Source of the DNA: Oopsacas minuta
Lineage: Eukaryota; Animalia; Porifera
Length of the DNA: 64,000 nucleotides
Assembly (NCBI GenBank): GCA_024704765.1
Contig: JAKMXF010000319.1
Coordinates: 1 to 64,000 of the forward strand
Direction: 5' to 3'
How positions within the stretch are numbered: the stretch's first letter is position 1; every line of letters starts with the position of its first letter. Positions 39,814 through 50,400 of the stretch are shown here, piece by piece. The position numbers and the translations under genes were made by a program. The notes under the pieces are model-generated. The model saw only the letters and a list, made by a program, of their open reading frames with translations, searched no databases and was not told the DNA's origin.

Positions 39814-39864
39814 TTCAATAAAGTATAATTAAACTGGCTCACTATTCTCAATATTTATATACAG

Positions 39865-39915
39865 CAAGGTTGCAACCGAATAGTTCAATATTCAGTTCGA
39901 TCGGTTTCAACCTTG
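39865..39915. repeat. 51-bp inverted repeat / miniature TIR element downstream of EMC6
   Basis: CAAGGTTGCAACCGA and TCGGTTTCAACCTTG are complementary at 14 of 15 positions. Confidence 0.65.
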
Positions 39916-40191
39916 ATATACAGTCAACTTCCGTTTTATCGAAGCTATTTGATTCTTTACTGCTTCACGAAGTGATTCATTACCCCTTGAAAGAAGTTGA
40001 GTTGACTCCGCTTACAACGATATATCGTTTATAAAGGAAATGAAACAGAGATCCAGTCGCTTGCAGGTCATGCACACCACCAGATCAACAAATGTATAAT
40101 GAATAAAATATTTAAACTACATCAAACGAAATATATTAATCAAGTTAATACTTTAATAGACAATAATATATTTTAATCGCTGTACCCAAAG

Positions 40192-41271
40192 CTAGGAGTC
40201 TATACCATTGTACGGAACGACTCTTGTTACACCTTCGATATCTGGTTCTTTTGGTGGACAATTTTCTATATTTTGTAACTGTACAACATCAGGGGTAGCC
40301 CATGTAGACGGCGGCACATATAAATCTTCATATCGTCTGCTGGGTTTGATAGAGTTCTTTCCGCAATAATAAAAACACAGCCAATGTTTTAGATAGCAAA
40401 CAACTCCACATGCGATTAGTATCAAACAGCACACGAGTATGATTAGTCCCAGTAGTGGGAATAATGCCCAATCCAAACAGAAATCAAACTGGAGGTTGTA
40501 TTCTAAAGTCAAGCATGTTAGTTTGAATTGTGTTGTTACAAATGTTGGTTGAGTTTCAGTTGATTCTGTCCCACTCGTCGAGATTGTTGGTGGGTCAGTT
40601 ATAGTAGTGCCTGATTGTGCTGGTGATCCAGTTCTGATTGTTGATCGTGACATGGTGGATGTTTGAGTAGTTGGTGTCGTTGGTATCGTTGGTATCGTTG
40701 CTGTCGTTGCTGTCGTTGTGGCAGTACTGAGGTTGTAATTACAGCCTAAACTGTATATTTCCGTATCATTCAATACACTGTCTCTACAAGCCATCGGTAA
40801 AGCACATACCTTATCTGTTGTTGTAGCCAGGAAGAAAGCCATTTGTAAGCACGATATATTACGTGTTCTATCATTTTCAGCACTGGCCATGCTCCCATTA
40901 GATGTTGAAAGAAGGTAAACAGCCTTCGTTACTGTGAACACAAAATCATTTGAGGAAACAAGATTCAAACTCTCAATTCCTCTTACCACAAGCGGTATAG
41001 GATTAATTGCATTTGTCGCATTACAATTCATCATCTCTTCTTCTGTATTAACTTGAAATACATTCTCGTACAAATCTGCATCATTGTTGATAAACGATAG
41101 CGTATCTCCAACATAAAATCCACAAGCACTTTGGCTCGGTGGTAGAATCGTGTTATTAGCCAAAGGCTCTGTTCCCAAACAGAAATCACTTTGCCAGATC
41201 ACATTCCTATCGCAGCCTTGCGTCGCGATGATAAAAATAAAAAAGACCCATAATATAAAATACGAATTCAT
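40192..41271 (-). CDS. Ephrin-like type I membrane protein 1 (signal peptide, cupredoxin/ephrin-like domain, Thr-rich stalk, TM, Tyr-containing tail); intronless
   Basis: VGDTLSF, YENVFQV....MMNC and YLLSTSNGSMASAEN...SCLQMAF resemble ephrin-B (IGDKLDI, YEYYKLYLV...C, YITSTSNGSLEGLEN...C). TM WALFPLLGLIILVCCLILIACGVV. Confidence 0.75.
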   Translation of the reverse strand: MNSYFILWVFFIFIIATQGCDRNVIWQSDFCLGTEPLANNTILPPSQSACGFYVGDTLSFINNDADLYENVFQVNTEEEMMNCNATNAINPIPLVVRGIESLNLVSSNDFVFTVTKAVYLLSTSNGSMASAENDRTRNISCLQMAFFLATTTDKVCALPMACRDSVLNDTEIYSLGCNYNLSTATTTATTATIPTIPTTPTTQTSTMSRSTIRTGSPAQSGTTITDPPTISTSGTESTETQPTFVTTQFKLTCLTLEYNLQFDFCLDWALFPLLGLIILVCCLILIACGVVCYLKHWLCFYYCGKNSIKPSRRYEDLYVPPSTWATPDVVQLQNIENCPPKEPDIEGVTRVVPYNGIDS

Positions 41272-42123
41272 TATACATTCAATACAGCACTGTACAGACG
41301 GTTTAATCTTAATAATATAGTGGATTTAATGCCTCAAAAATAATAATATAAAAGCTTAAATGCATATAGATATATATTTCATTTGAAAGAGTATTAGGTT
41401 TCCTGATAATTCAATGGTTTTATTCTTTAGAAGGCTACGTATTGTTATAAAGCGATGACGTAATTAATGCCATTATAAGGAAAATTTATGTTCTTCACAA
41501 TAAAGATTTGAATTATAATTCAAATAATAGTGAGTTAATTCTTCTTGTTACTTCCTTATATGGATTCTTTCCATTCTCAATGATATAGCAACTTATAATC
41601 CCCTTATGGAACTAATCAGCGTATTCTTAATTTTGTATAGTGGCTTCTACATATTAGAATACCGAATTTTATACAGAATATCGATGAAATTTGCAAACTA
41701 TTTGTAATCAAAATAGGAGCACCGCTCCACCCTCCGCCCCTGATTCATAAATAGATCGCGCTCCTCAAATATTTGCTCTGATGACATCAGAGCGTTATGA
41801 AGTATTCCCATCGGAAAGGTCACGCATGAATTAATTAGTTAAAATTAAAATGCATTCAATGGCTTAGATTATAGCTCTCTCGTGCTATGAATTATGAAAT
41901 CGCGTTTTTATTGGTGAAATCACCATTGACAAGTGTGCTTTGAAATAATAGATAAATGAATGTGTCGCAGTTCAAAAAGTCAAAAAGGTTTAGAAATACT
42001 GAATTAAGAGCTGAAACTAAATATTTATAATTAACATTAACCAAAAAAGTATACAAAAATTATACACAGTAATTACAAACAACAATACAAATATTTACTA
42101 GTTAAAACATTCAATGAATTTTA

Positions 42124-42825
42124 TCACATTTCAACATCAGTAACTTCAGTCTTTTCCTTATGAAATGATTGCTGTATCAGCATCCTACGAGATCTACTTG
42201 AGAAGAAAATCGCGCCTACAAGAGTAGCTACAATACAAATTATCAGTAGAGGCACACCAATGTAAATGATTAATAGAACATTCATGCTTAATCCTGAACA
42301 ACCGAAAGTGTCGTTTGTATTATCAGTGAGAATACTACTTCGCATGCAATTTTCTGTTACAATACACTCATTCGCGCTATTTATCACTCTAAACGCGAGT
42401 TGTAGACATGGTGGATGAATTTTCCTGTTGTTTTCCGCCGCGTGTTTGCTGCCATTTGATGTAGAAATGAAGTAAACTTCCTCTCCAAAGCGAAAATTTT
42501 CGCTGTCAATGTTAAACGTGTATGAATCACTAATTATGACTAAATCAGATGTTGAATTGATAGAAGAGCAACTTATTAAATCATCCCTATCTCGCACACG
42601 AAACAAGTTTTCATAGTTATTGCGATTCAAGTGCTCCAATGTGATATTCGATCCTATTTCGAATTCACAAAGTTGGTCAAGGCTGTTGGGAGGGAGAAAT
42701 GAAGTGGACAAACGGTTTTCTGCGGTATCTTCACAAAAATCGCGATCCCATATAATATTATACCCGCAAGATTTCGCAGTTGGAATTGCAAAAATGATTA
42801 CAATGATTAAAATATTGAAATTCAT
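42124..42825 (-). CDS. Ephrin-like type I membrane protein 2, paralog without the Thr stalk; intronless
   Basis: Signal peptide from the second Met (MNFNILIIVIIFAIPTAKS). IIWDRDFC, YENLFRV....LISC, YFISTSNGSKHAAEN...PCLQLAF. TM LLIIYIGVPLLIICIVATLVGAIFF. Confidence 0.75.
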   Translation of the reverse strand: MNFNILIIVIIFAIPTAKSCGYNIIWDRDFCEDTAENRLSTSFLPPNSLDQLCEFEIGSNITLEHLNRNNYENLFRVRDRDDLISCSSINSTSDLVIISDSYTFNIDSENFRFGEEVYFISTSNGSKHAAENNRKIHPPCLQLAFRVINSANECIVTENCMRSSILTDNTNDTFGCSGLSMNVLLIIYIGVPLLIICIVATLVGAIFFSSRSRRMLIQQSFHKEKTEVTDVEM

Positions 42826-43287
42826 ATTTTCGCTTATTTTATTGCGAATTTCGTAATATTTATACATTCGGGAAATTCAAATTTCTATATTTTTTTGTCG
42901 AGAGAGCGCTGCTAGCCACAATTTTAGTGGAGTATACCAACTTACACTGAAACTATCTTTCAACATGATAATTAGGTTATTTCATTCAATTTCGAAGAAC
43001 TACACAATAAATAACTTTCAATGTATATCGTATACAATAAGAACCTTATTCGAATGTGGTTCCATACATGCTTACAACGTTAGCTATTCCATTGTAAAGA
43101 CAATAAATGTTGGATAATTCGAATCATGAATAAGTTAAAACCCACCATACACGATACAATTTAGTTGCATGCAACAAGACAATTTACAAGTTGCAACAGT
43201 GTAACATGGGACAGAATTACCCTCAAATCTCCGAAAACAAATTTGGGTCATCCTGTATGGTGGTAGGCTTAACATATTCATCTATAG

Positions 43288-43615
43288 CAGCTGTTCCCAA
43301 CATTTTCACCAGTGGATCCCAAATACAGTGGAACCTGGATCATCCGCCGTCGACACCTCTAAATCCGGAAGACCTCTATAATAATTCGACAGTGCTTCTG
43401 ATCTGAAATAGCTTCCGATAATATAATACAAATTCCCTGCATAACCTCAAAGATTTGAAATTGACAAAACTTTCATGCCCCATAGCGTGTTGGTCTATGC
43501 AAGTTCCACTTACTACCAGTTTAATACATTGTGTGTAGACTACTGTCATACGAATTTTGAGATAATGTGTTCGCCCGTGAGAAACTAAGATGTATCCCTA
43601 GCTTGGGAACCGCTG
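43288..43615. mobile_element. hAT-type MITE with 8-bp target site duplication
   Basis: TIRs CAGCTGTTCCCAAC and CTTGGGAACCGCTG (12/14). Flanks ATCTATAG and ATCTACAG (7/8). Confidence 0.8.
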
Positions 43616-44406
43616 ATCTACAGGATTATTCAGTTAGAGCTAGATAGGATAAATATACTAACATGTTGGCATTCCTTTCTACATGGTTTCATACATAACT
43701 TTTCTGTGAAGAAGAATATAAGGATTGTCGAGATCGAATCATTTTTGTTTTGAGTTCTGCTTGTACCCAAGGTTCTTGTTAATATATTTACATCCCTGGG
43801 GAGGGGATGATTTTTCTTGGGGTGGATTATTCCAGAACGTCCAACGCCTGAATGGAAACCTGTTCAGTGATAAGTAATTTATGAATAAACTTGAGATATC
43901 ACTGATTTATGCTGAATATCTAACATTCATTTCGAGCATTATTTCCTTACCTAGTATCCATCTATTTGATCCAATAGATCCACAGATTCCTGGCTACAGG
44001 ATATCACGTGGCACAACTCAAAAATTCGCCCTCTCATATTGTCTATAGCTTGTAATGAAATATTTCAAACTGAATAATGAATTTGATTATTCATCGACAG
44101 ATTGTTTATTCAACAAATTATACACATGCCTTATAAGATGACTACTACTTTCAATATTACCTAATTTGATGCCTTCACAGAAAACTACTGTCAGTGTCTA
44201 CCAAAATGACACTCCAAACTTATTTGGTGCACACAACCTACTCTCTGTATTCCAGACGTAACTATTCTCACCGTATTAATTGAATGACAACGCTATAAGT
44301 GAATTAACAACTACAGTGATAGAGTAGACAACAAATATACTACCAAATGATTGCTGGAGGATTTCTTATATAAACAAGCTCATTTATAAGGCTATACTAT
44401 TAAGCC

Positions 44407-47400
44407 ATGTTTAACAAATTTGTGTTGATTCAATTGCTTCTGTTTATGGTAAGACTATTCGTAATGTCCACAAAATTTTAAGATATTTTATTTGTGTGTC
44501 TTTTAGATATGTATACAGAGGGCATCTGCTGTCCCTGCCGCTACAGGTAAGTTTGCATTTTTCGTGTTATTTCTTATACATTTTCGGGTATATTAGTGGG
44601 AATAATTGTATATCGAACATTTAACTCGTTGCTTCGCTATGAACTTTCATATGAAATTTTGTTAATTTACATTAAACTTTTTACAGTACACTCCGCTTAA
44701 ACGGGACAGTTGGGGGCGCTGGATTAGGTCGAATTTAATATGTAAGCATTAGGTCGAATTAAGATGTTGTCGATAGATCGATATAGAAAATGGATTTATA
44801 GAAACGAGGACGTGATAGGACATTTTATTGTATTAATTATAAACCCGTACCATTGGGAGGGGATTAAGGATTTTGCTCACTACCTTATCGGTCTGGGAGT
44901 TTTCATTTGTACTCCTTATTAAGCTACCTAGGGACGGGGATGTGGAGTCCATGCTAATTTTGTGTTTGGGTGGACTTTTGTTGGGTTAATTATTAGAAGT
45001 TTATAAAATGGGGGATCGCTGGATTTTGCATATAAAACATTTGTGCAGGTTTTTTAGAAATTTAAGAAAGCATTCACTGTTTCTCAAAATATGAATTGTA
45101 CTTAAACAAGAGATATCCATCGCTAATTTACATTCGCTTTATCGACAATTCACCTTGACTTGATTTCGAACTAATGCATACGTTCTAAATTCGACGTAAT
45201 GCAGGGGCCTGGGACAGTTACCAAATACGCATATATTCCCAGCCCATAGAGATAATACAAACATTTTGGTAACTACAATTAAATGATTATGTTCAGGATT
45301 ACGTCACAATGGTACGAGATATCACATCAAAAAGCATTATCAGGGTTTGCGAAGTTGGGTATGTATTATAGAATGGCTATCTTGATATTGCTATAATTCT
45401 AACAATTAACGAGTCATAACTGAATATTGACATAGAAGTGGAATTGATATTTTGTATACAAATATATTTCAAAGATTTCATAACTGAACTTTGAATTCAG
45501 AGCTCAATATTGTGATTATCCCCTTAGCATTTTCCAACATATCAACCTAATAAGCGATCGCTTGACGTCTTTTTGAGTTTGTCTTTGCATAAACATGCTT
45601 GTTGAAATGTTGATTCTTTTAGTCCCCAATGCTCCTCCGACGAATATTGTTCTCACACCGCTCAGTTCTTCAACAATACAAGTATCATTCGGTCCACCAC
45701 CGTCTACAAATCGTAATGGAGACATTCTTTCCTACTCAATCAATTACACTGGATCACCCTTTGATACAAGTACAGTAACATTAAACGTTCCAGGTAGTAC
45801 CGATCCAGAAGAATCCTACTCAGAAGTTATTAATTTTTTGCAAGAATTTAATACATATGACGTTACCCTGGCCGCTGTGAATGCACAGGGAGTGGGAGTT
45901 GAAAGCACTCCTCAGTTAGTACAGACTTTTGCTGATGGTAAGTACATTACTAAAGAATTAAACCATTCTTTCCAACTCTCATTGAATACTTTACACTTGT
46001 ATATTCTTCATAATATATATTCTACATTTTTGCATTTCTAGTTCCACTTGCAGCACAAGATCTGATGCTATCAGTTTTAAGTGCAACAAGCATTCAAGTA
46101 GATTTCTCCCCACCTCTGCCAGAGGAACAGAATGGTCTAATAACATCGTATATAATACAATACATCGGATTAAACGTAGACACTATGCAAGATGATGACA
46201 CAACCAGTATCACAGATACGACCTATCCAGCATCAGACCAAATTTCTTATATCCTTACACAATTGGAAGAATTTGAAGATTACACTATAACAGTGTTTCC
46301 TGTTAATTCAGCAGGAATTAGTTTTGATCCTCTGTCTGAGTCAGCTATCACCCTTTCCGCAGGTAAAAATAGTACACATCATATGCTCAAAATGATGCAA
46401 TTTTTTGTATTTATAGACCAGTGCACGCAGTTTATAAGAATACAACTGGCATAAAATATACAGGAATATACGAGAACTGATTTCCGCCGGCATGTTCTTA
46501 TAACCCGCATCCACTGTATAATGCATACACCGTTGCACACTATACGTAAGTGGTTCAAAACATTCATCACTCGCGGACCATAGGATTATAAATACTTTTA
46601 TGTTTTCTGGAACTATGGAAGACCCCTTCTGCTGATTATTGCATACAGGTGTAATCTGGGCATGCGTTTGCTGTTGCCTCACATCATGTCCAGTTGTCTT
46701 ACTTCGTGAAGCGACCTAGAAAGCAAGTCACAATAGTTACAACAAAATAATAAATACACTCAGAAATTCAAGTTTCTTAAAACTTACTTTGCCTAGTCAG
46801 AGTATGTAATAGGTATTGTGATTCATTAATCTTTGTTTAGTTCCTGACTCAGCACCAATTAATGTCAACATCATACCGGATCAAAGAAGTTTGACCGTAA
46901 CATGGGATCCTCCACCAGCAATATCACAAAACGGACAAATCTCAAATTATTTGATTGCCATTACAGGAGATCCATTTCCTTTTACTGAGACTTCTCCAAT
47001 AATAATTACAGCTAGTGGATCATATCCTGATACCCAACAATATAGCGAAGATATTACAGGATTGGAAGAGTATAATTCTTACGACATTAGTATTGCAGCT
47101 TCAAATATGATTGGAGATGGTCCATTCAGCCCAGTTAGCACTCAAATGACACTAGAAGCAGGTTAGAATTATTGATGCATAATTTCCATTTTGTGATAAA
47201 GGAAACACCTAAACTAATGTAATTAGGTAGGTGTTACAGGCCCGAACATTTCAACTTGCTCTACAAGTAAACTGGCTTTGGTCATAGTTTTAACTGTGCT
47301 GAATACACTATAATATTGTAGGAGGCAAGTATTGGTATTTCTCAGGTATCTCAACATATCATTATATATGGCCACACGTTGTATAAAATTCTGTATCATG

Positions 47401-50400
47401 ACCACAACCCAAGTTTTGGAAACTACAATTATTTTCTATAGCAGGGATAAATAAGAAGTGCATTGTAGTTTATTCGAAGTCAATAACTCATCATATATGG
47501 GTATATTCAGGATTACGTCACAATGGTACGAGACATCACATCAAAAAGTATCATCAGGGTATGCGAAGTTGGGCATGTATTATAGAATGGCTATCTTGAT
47601 ATTGCTATAATTCTAACAATTAACGAGTCAAAACTGAATATTGACATAGAAGTGGAATTGATATTTTGTTTACAAATATATTTCGAAAATTTCATAACTG
47701 AACTTTGAATTCAGAGCTCAACATTGTGATTATCCCCTTATCATTTTCCAACATATCAACCTAATAAGCGATCGCATGACGTCTTTTGAATTTGTCTTTG
47801 CATAAACATGCTTGTTGAAATGTTGATTCTTTTAGTCCCAGATGCTCCTCCGACGAATATTGTTCTCATGGCGCTCAGTTCTACAACAATGCAAGTATCA
47901 TTCGGACCACCACCGTCTGCAAATCGTAATGGAGACATTCTCTCCTACAAAATCTATTACACTGGATCACCCTTTGATACATGTAGGGTAACATTAAACG
48001 TTACAGGTAGTATCGATCCAGAAGAATCCTACTTAGAGGATATTAATTTCTTGCAAGAATTCAATACATATGACGTTACGCTGGCCGCTGTGAATGCACA
48101 GGGAGTGGGAGTTGCAAGCGCTCCTCTGTCAGCACAGACTTTTGCTGATGGTAAGTACATTACTAAAGAATTAAACCATTCTTTCCAACTCTCATTGAAT
48201 ACTTTACACTTGTATATTCTTCATAATATATATTCTACATTTTTGCATTTCTAGTTCCACTTGCAGCACAAGATCTGATGCTATCAGTTTTAAGTGCAAC
48301 AAGCATTCAAGTAGATTTCTCCCCACCTCTGCCAGAGGAACAGAATGGTCTAATAACATCGTATACAATACAATACATCGGATTATACGTAGACACTGTG
48401 CAAGATGAAGTCATAACCAGTATCACAAATACTAACTATCCAGCATCAGACCAAATTTCTTATATCCTTACACAATTGGAAGAATTTGAAGATTACACTA
48501 TAACAGTGTTTCCTGTTAATTCAGCAGGAATTAGTTTTGATCCTCTGTCTGAGTTAGCTACCACCCTTTCCGCAGGTAAAATAGTACACATCATATGCTC
48601 ATAATAATGCAATTTTTTGTATTTATAGACCAGTGTATGTAGTTTATAAGAATACAACTGGCATGAAATATACAGGAATATACGAGAACTGATTTCCGCC
48701 GGCATGTTCTTATAACCAGCATCCACTGTATAATGCATACACATTTGCACACTATACGTAAGTGGTTCAAAACATTCATCACTCGCGGACCAAAGGATTA
48801 TAAATACTTTTATATTTTCTGGAACTATGGAAGACCCCTTTTGCTGATTATTGCATACAGGTGTAATCTGGGCATGCGTTTGCTGTTGTCTCACATCATG
48901 TCCAGTTGTCTTACTTCGTGAAGCGACCTAGAAAGCGAATCACAACAGTTTCCACCATATATTACATCTAAGTTATTTAATACGTCTTTTAATGAAGACG
49001 TATTACGTATTATACGATCAATCTACAATTTTTGGTGACGTAACTTCTAATAGGTTGATTTCCCCAAAATATATTTTACATAAAAACAGTAGTTCTCGAA
49101 TTGTTAATGAGAAATGTCAGCATAGTTTCCCAAATAATATACAGATAATACTTATAATAATGTGACTTATACAAGTCTAACAATCTAAATATCTCATATT
49201 TCGATGTTAACCTATATGTATAAACACTCCAATAGATCATATAGGATACGTTATACGCGTATTATACAACTTCCTATGTTAATACACATAGAAATTTAAG
49301 TTTCTTGAAACTTACTTTGGCTGGACAATATGTAGACCTTATTGATTCAGAGTACGTAATAGGAATTGTGATTCATTAATCTTTGTTTAGTTCCTGACTC
49401 AGCACCAATTATTGACAACATCATACAGAATCAAAGAAGTTTGACCGTAACATGGAGTCCTCCACCATCAATAACACAAAACGGACAACTCTTTGATTAT
49501 TTGATTGTCATTACAGGAGATCCATTTCCTTTTACTGAGACTTCTCCAATAATATTTACAGCTAGTGGATCATATCCTGATACTCAACAATACAGCGAAG
49601 ATATTACAGGATTGGAGGAGGATAATTCTTACGACATTAGTATTGCAGTTTCAAATATGGAGGGAGATAGTCCATTCAGTCCAGTTAGCACTCAAATGAC
49701 ACTAGAAGATGGTTAGAATGATTGATACATAATTTCCAATGTACAAATATTCTGAATTTCCCCAAAATCTCGTGAACATAGGATTATTCATGTCAAGTAT
49801 ATGCGTATATTTCATAACTCGGTCCAAGCCAGGCACGCCGGCGCATTGGTAAACAATATGCTCTGAAAATTCCAATCCCCAATTTGTGATAAAGGAAACA
49901 CCTAACCAATGTAATTAGGTAGGTGTTACAGGCCCGAACATTTCAACTTGCTCTACAAGTAAACTGGCTTTGGTCATAGTTTTAACTGTGCTGAATACAC
50001 TATAATATTGTAGGAGGCAAGTATTGGTATTTCTCAGGTATCTCAACATATCATTATATATGGCCACACGTTGTATAAAATTCTGTATCATGACCACAAC
50101 CCAAGTTTTGGAAACTACAATTATTTTCTATACCAGGGATAAATAAGAAGTGCATTGTAGTTTATTCGAAGTCAATAACTCATCATATATGGGCATAATC
50201 AGGATTACGTCACGATGGTACGAGATATCACATCAAAAAGTATTATCAGGGTTTGCGAAGTTGGGCATGTATTATAGAATGGCTATCTTGATATTGCTAT
50301 AATTCTAACAATTAACGAGTCAAAACTGAATATTGACATAGAAGTGGAATTGATATTTTGTTTACAAATATATTTCGAAAATTTCATAACTGAACTTTGA

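Noticed and set aside
46341-46682. Recurring minus-strand ORFs (MRQQQTHAQ..., MMNVLNHLR..., MVMIQNFIQ...)
   Set aside because: They recur only because the introns are duplicated, and show no domain features.
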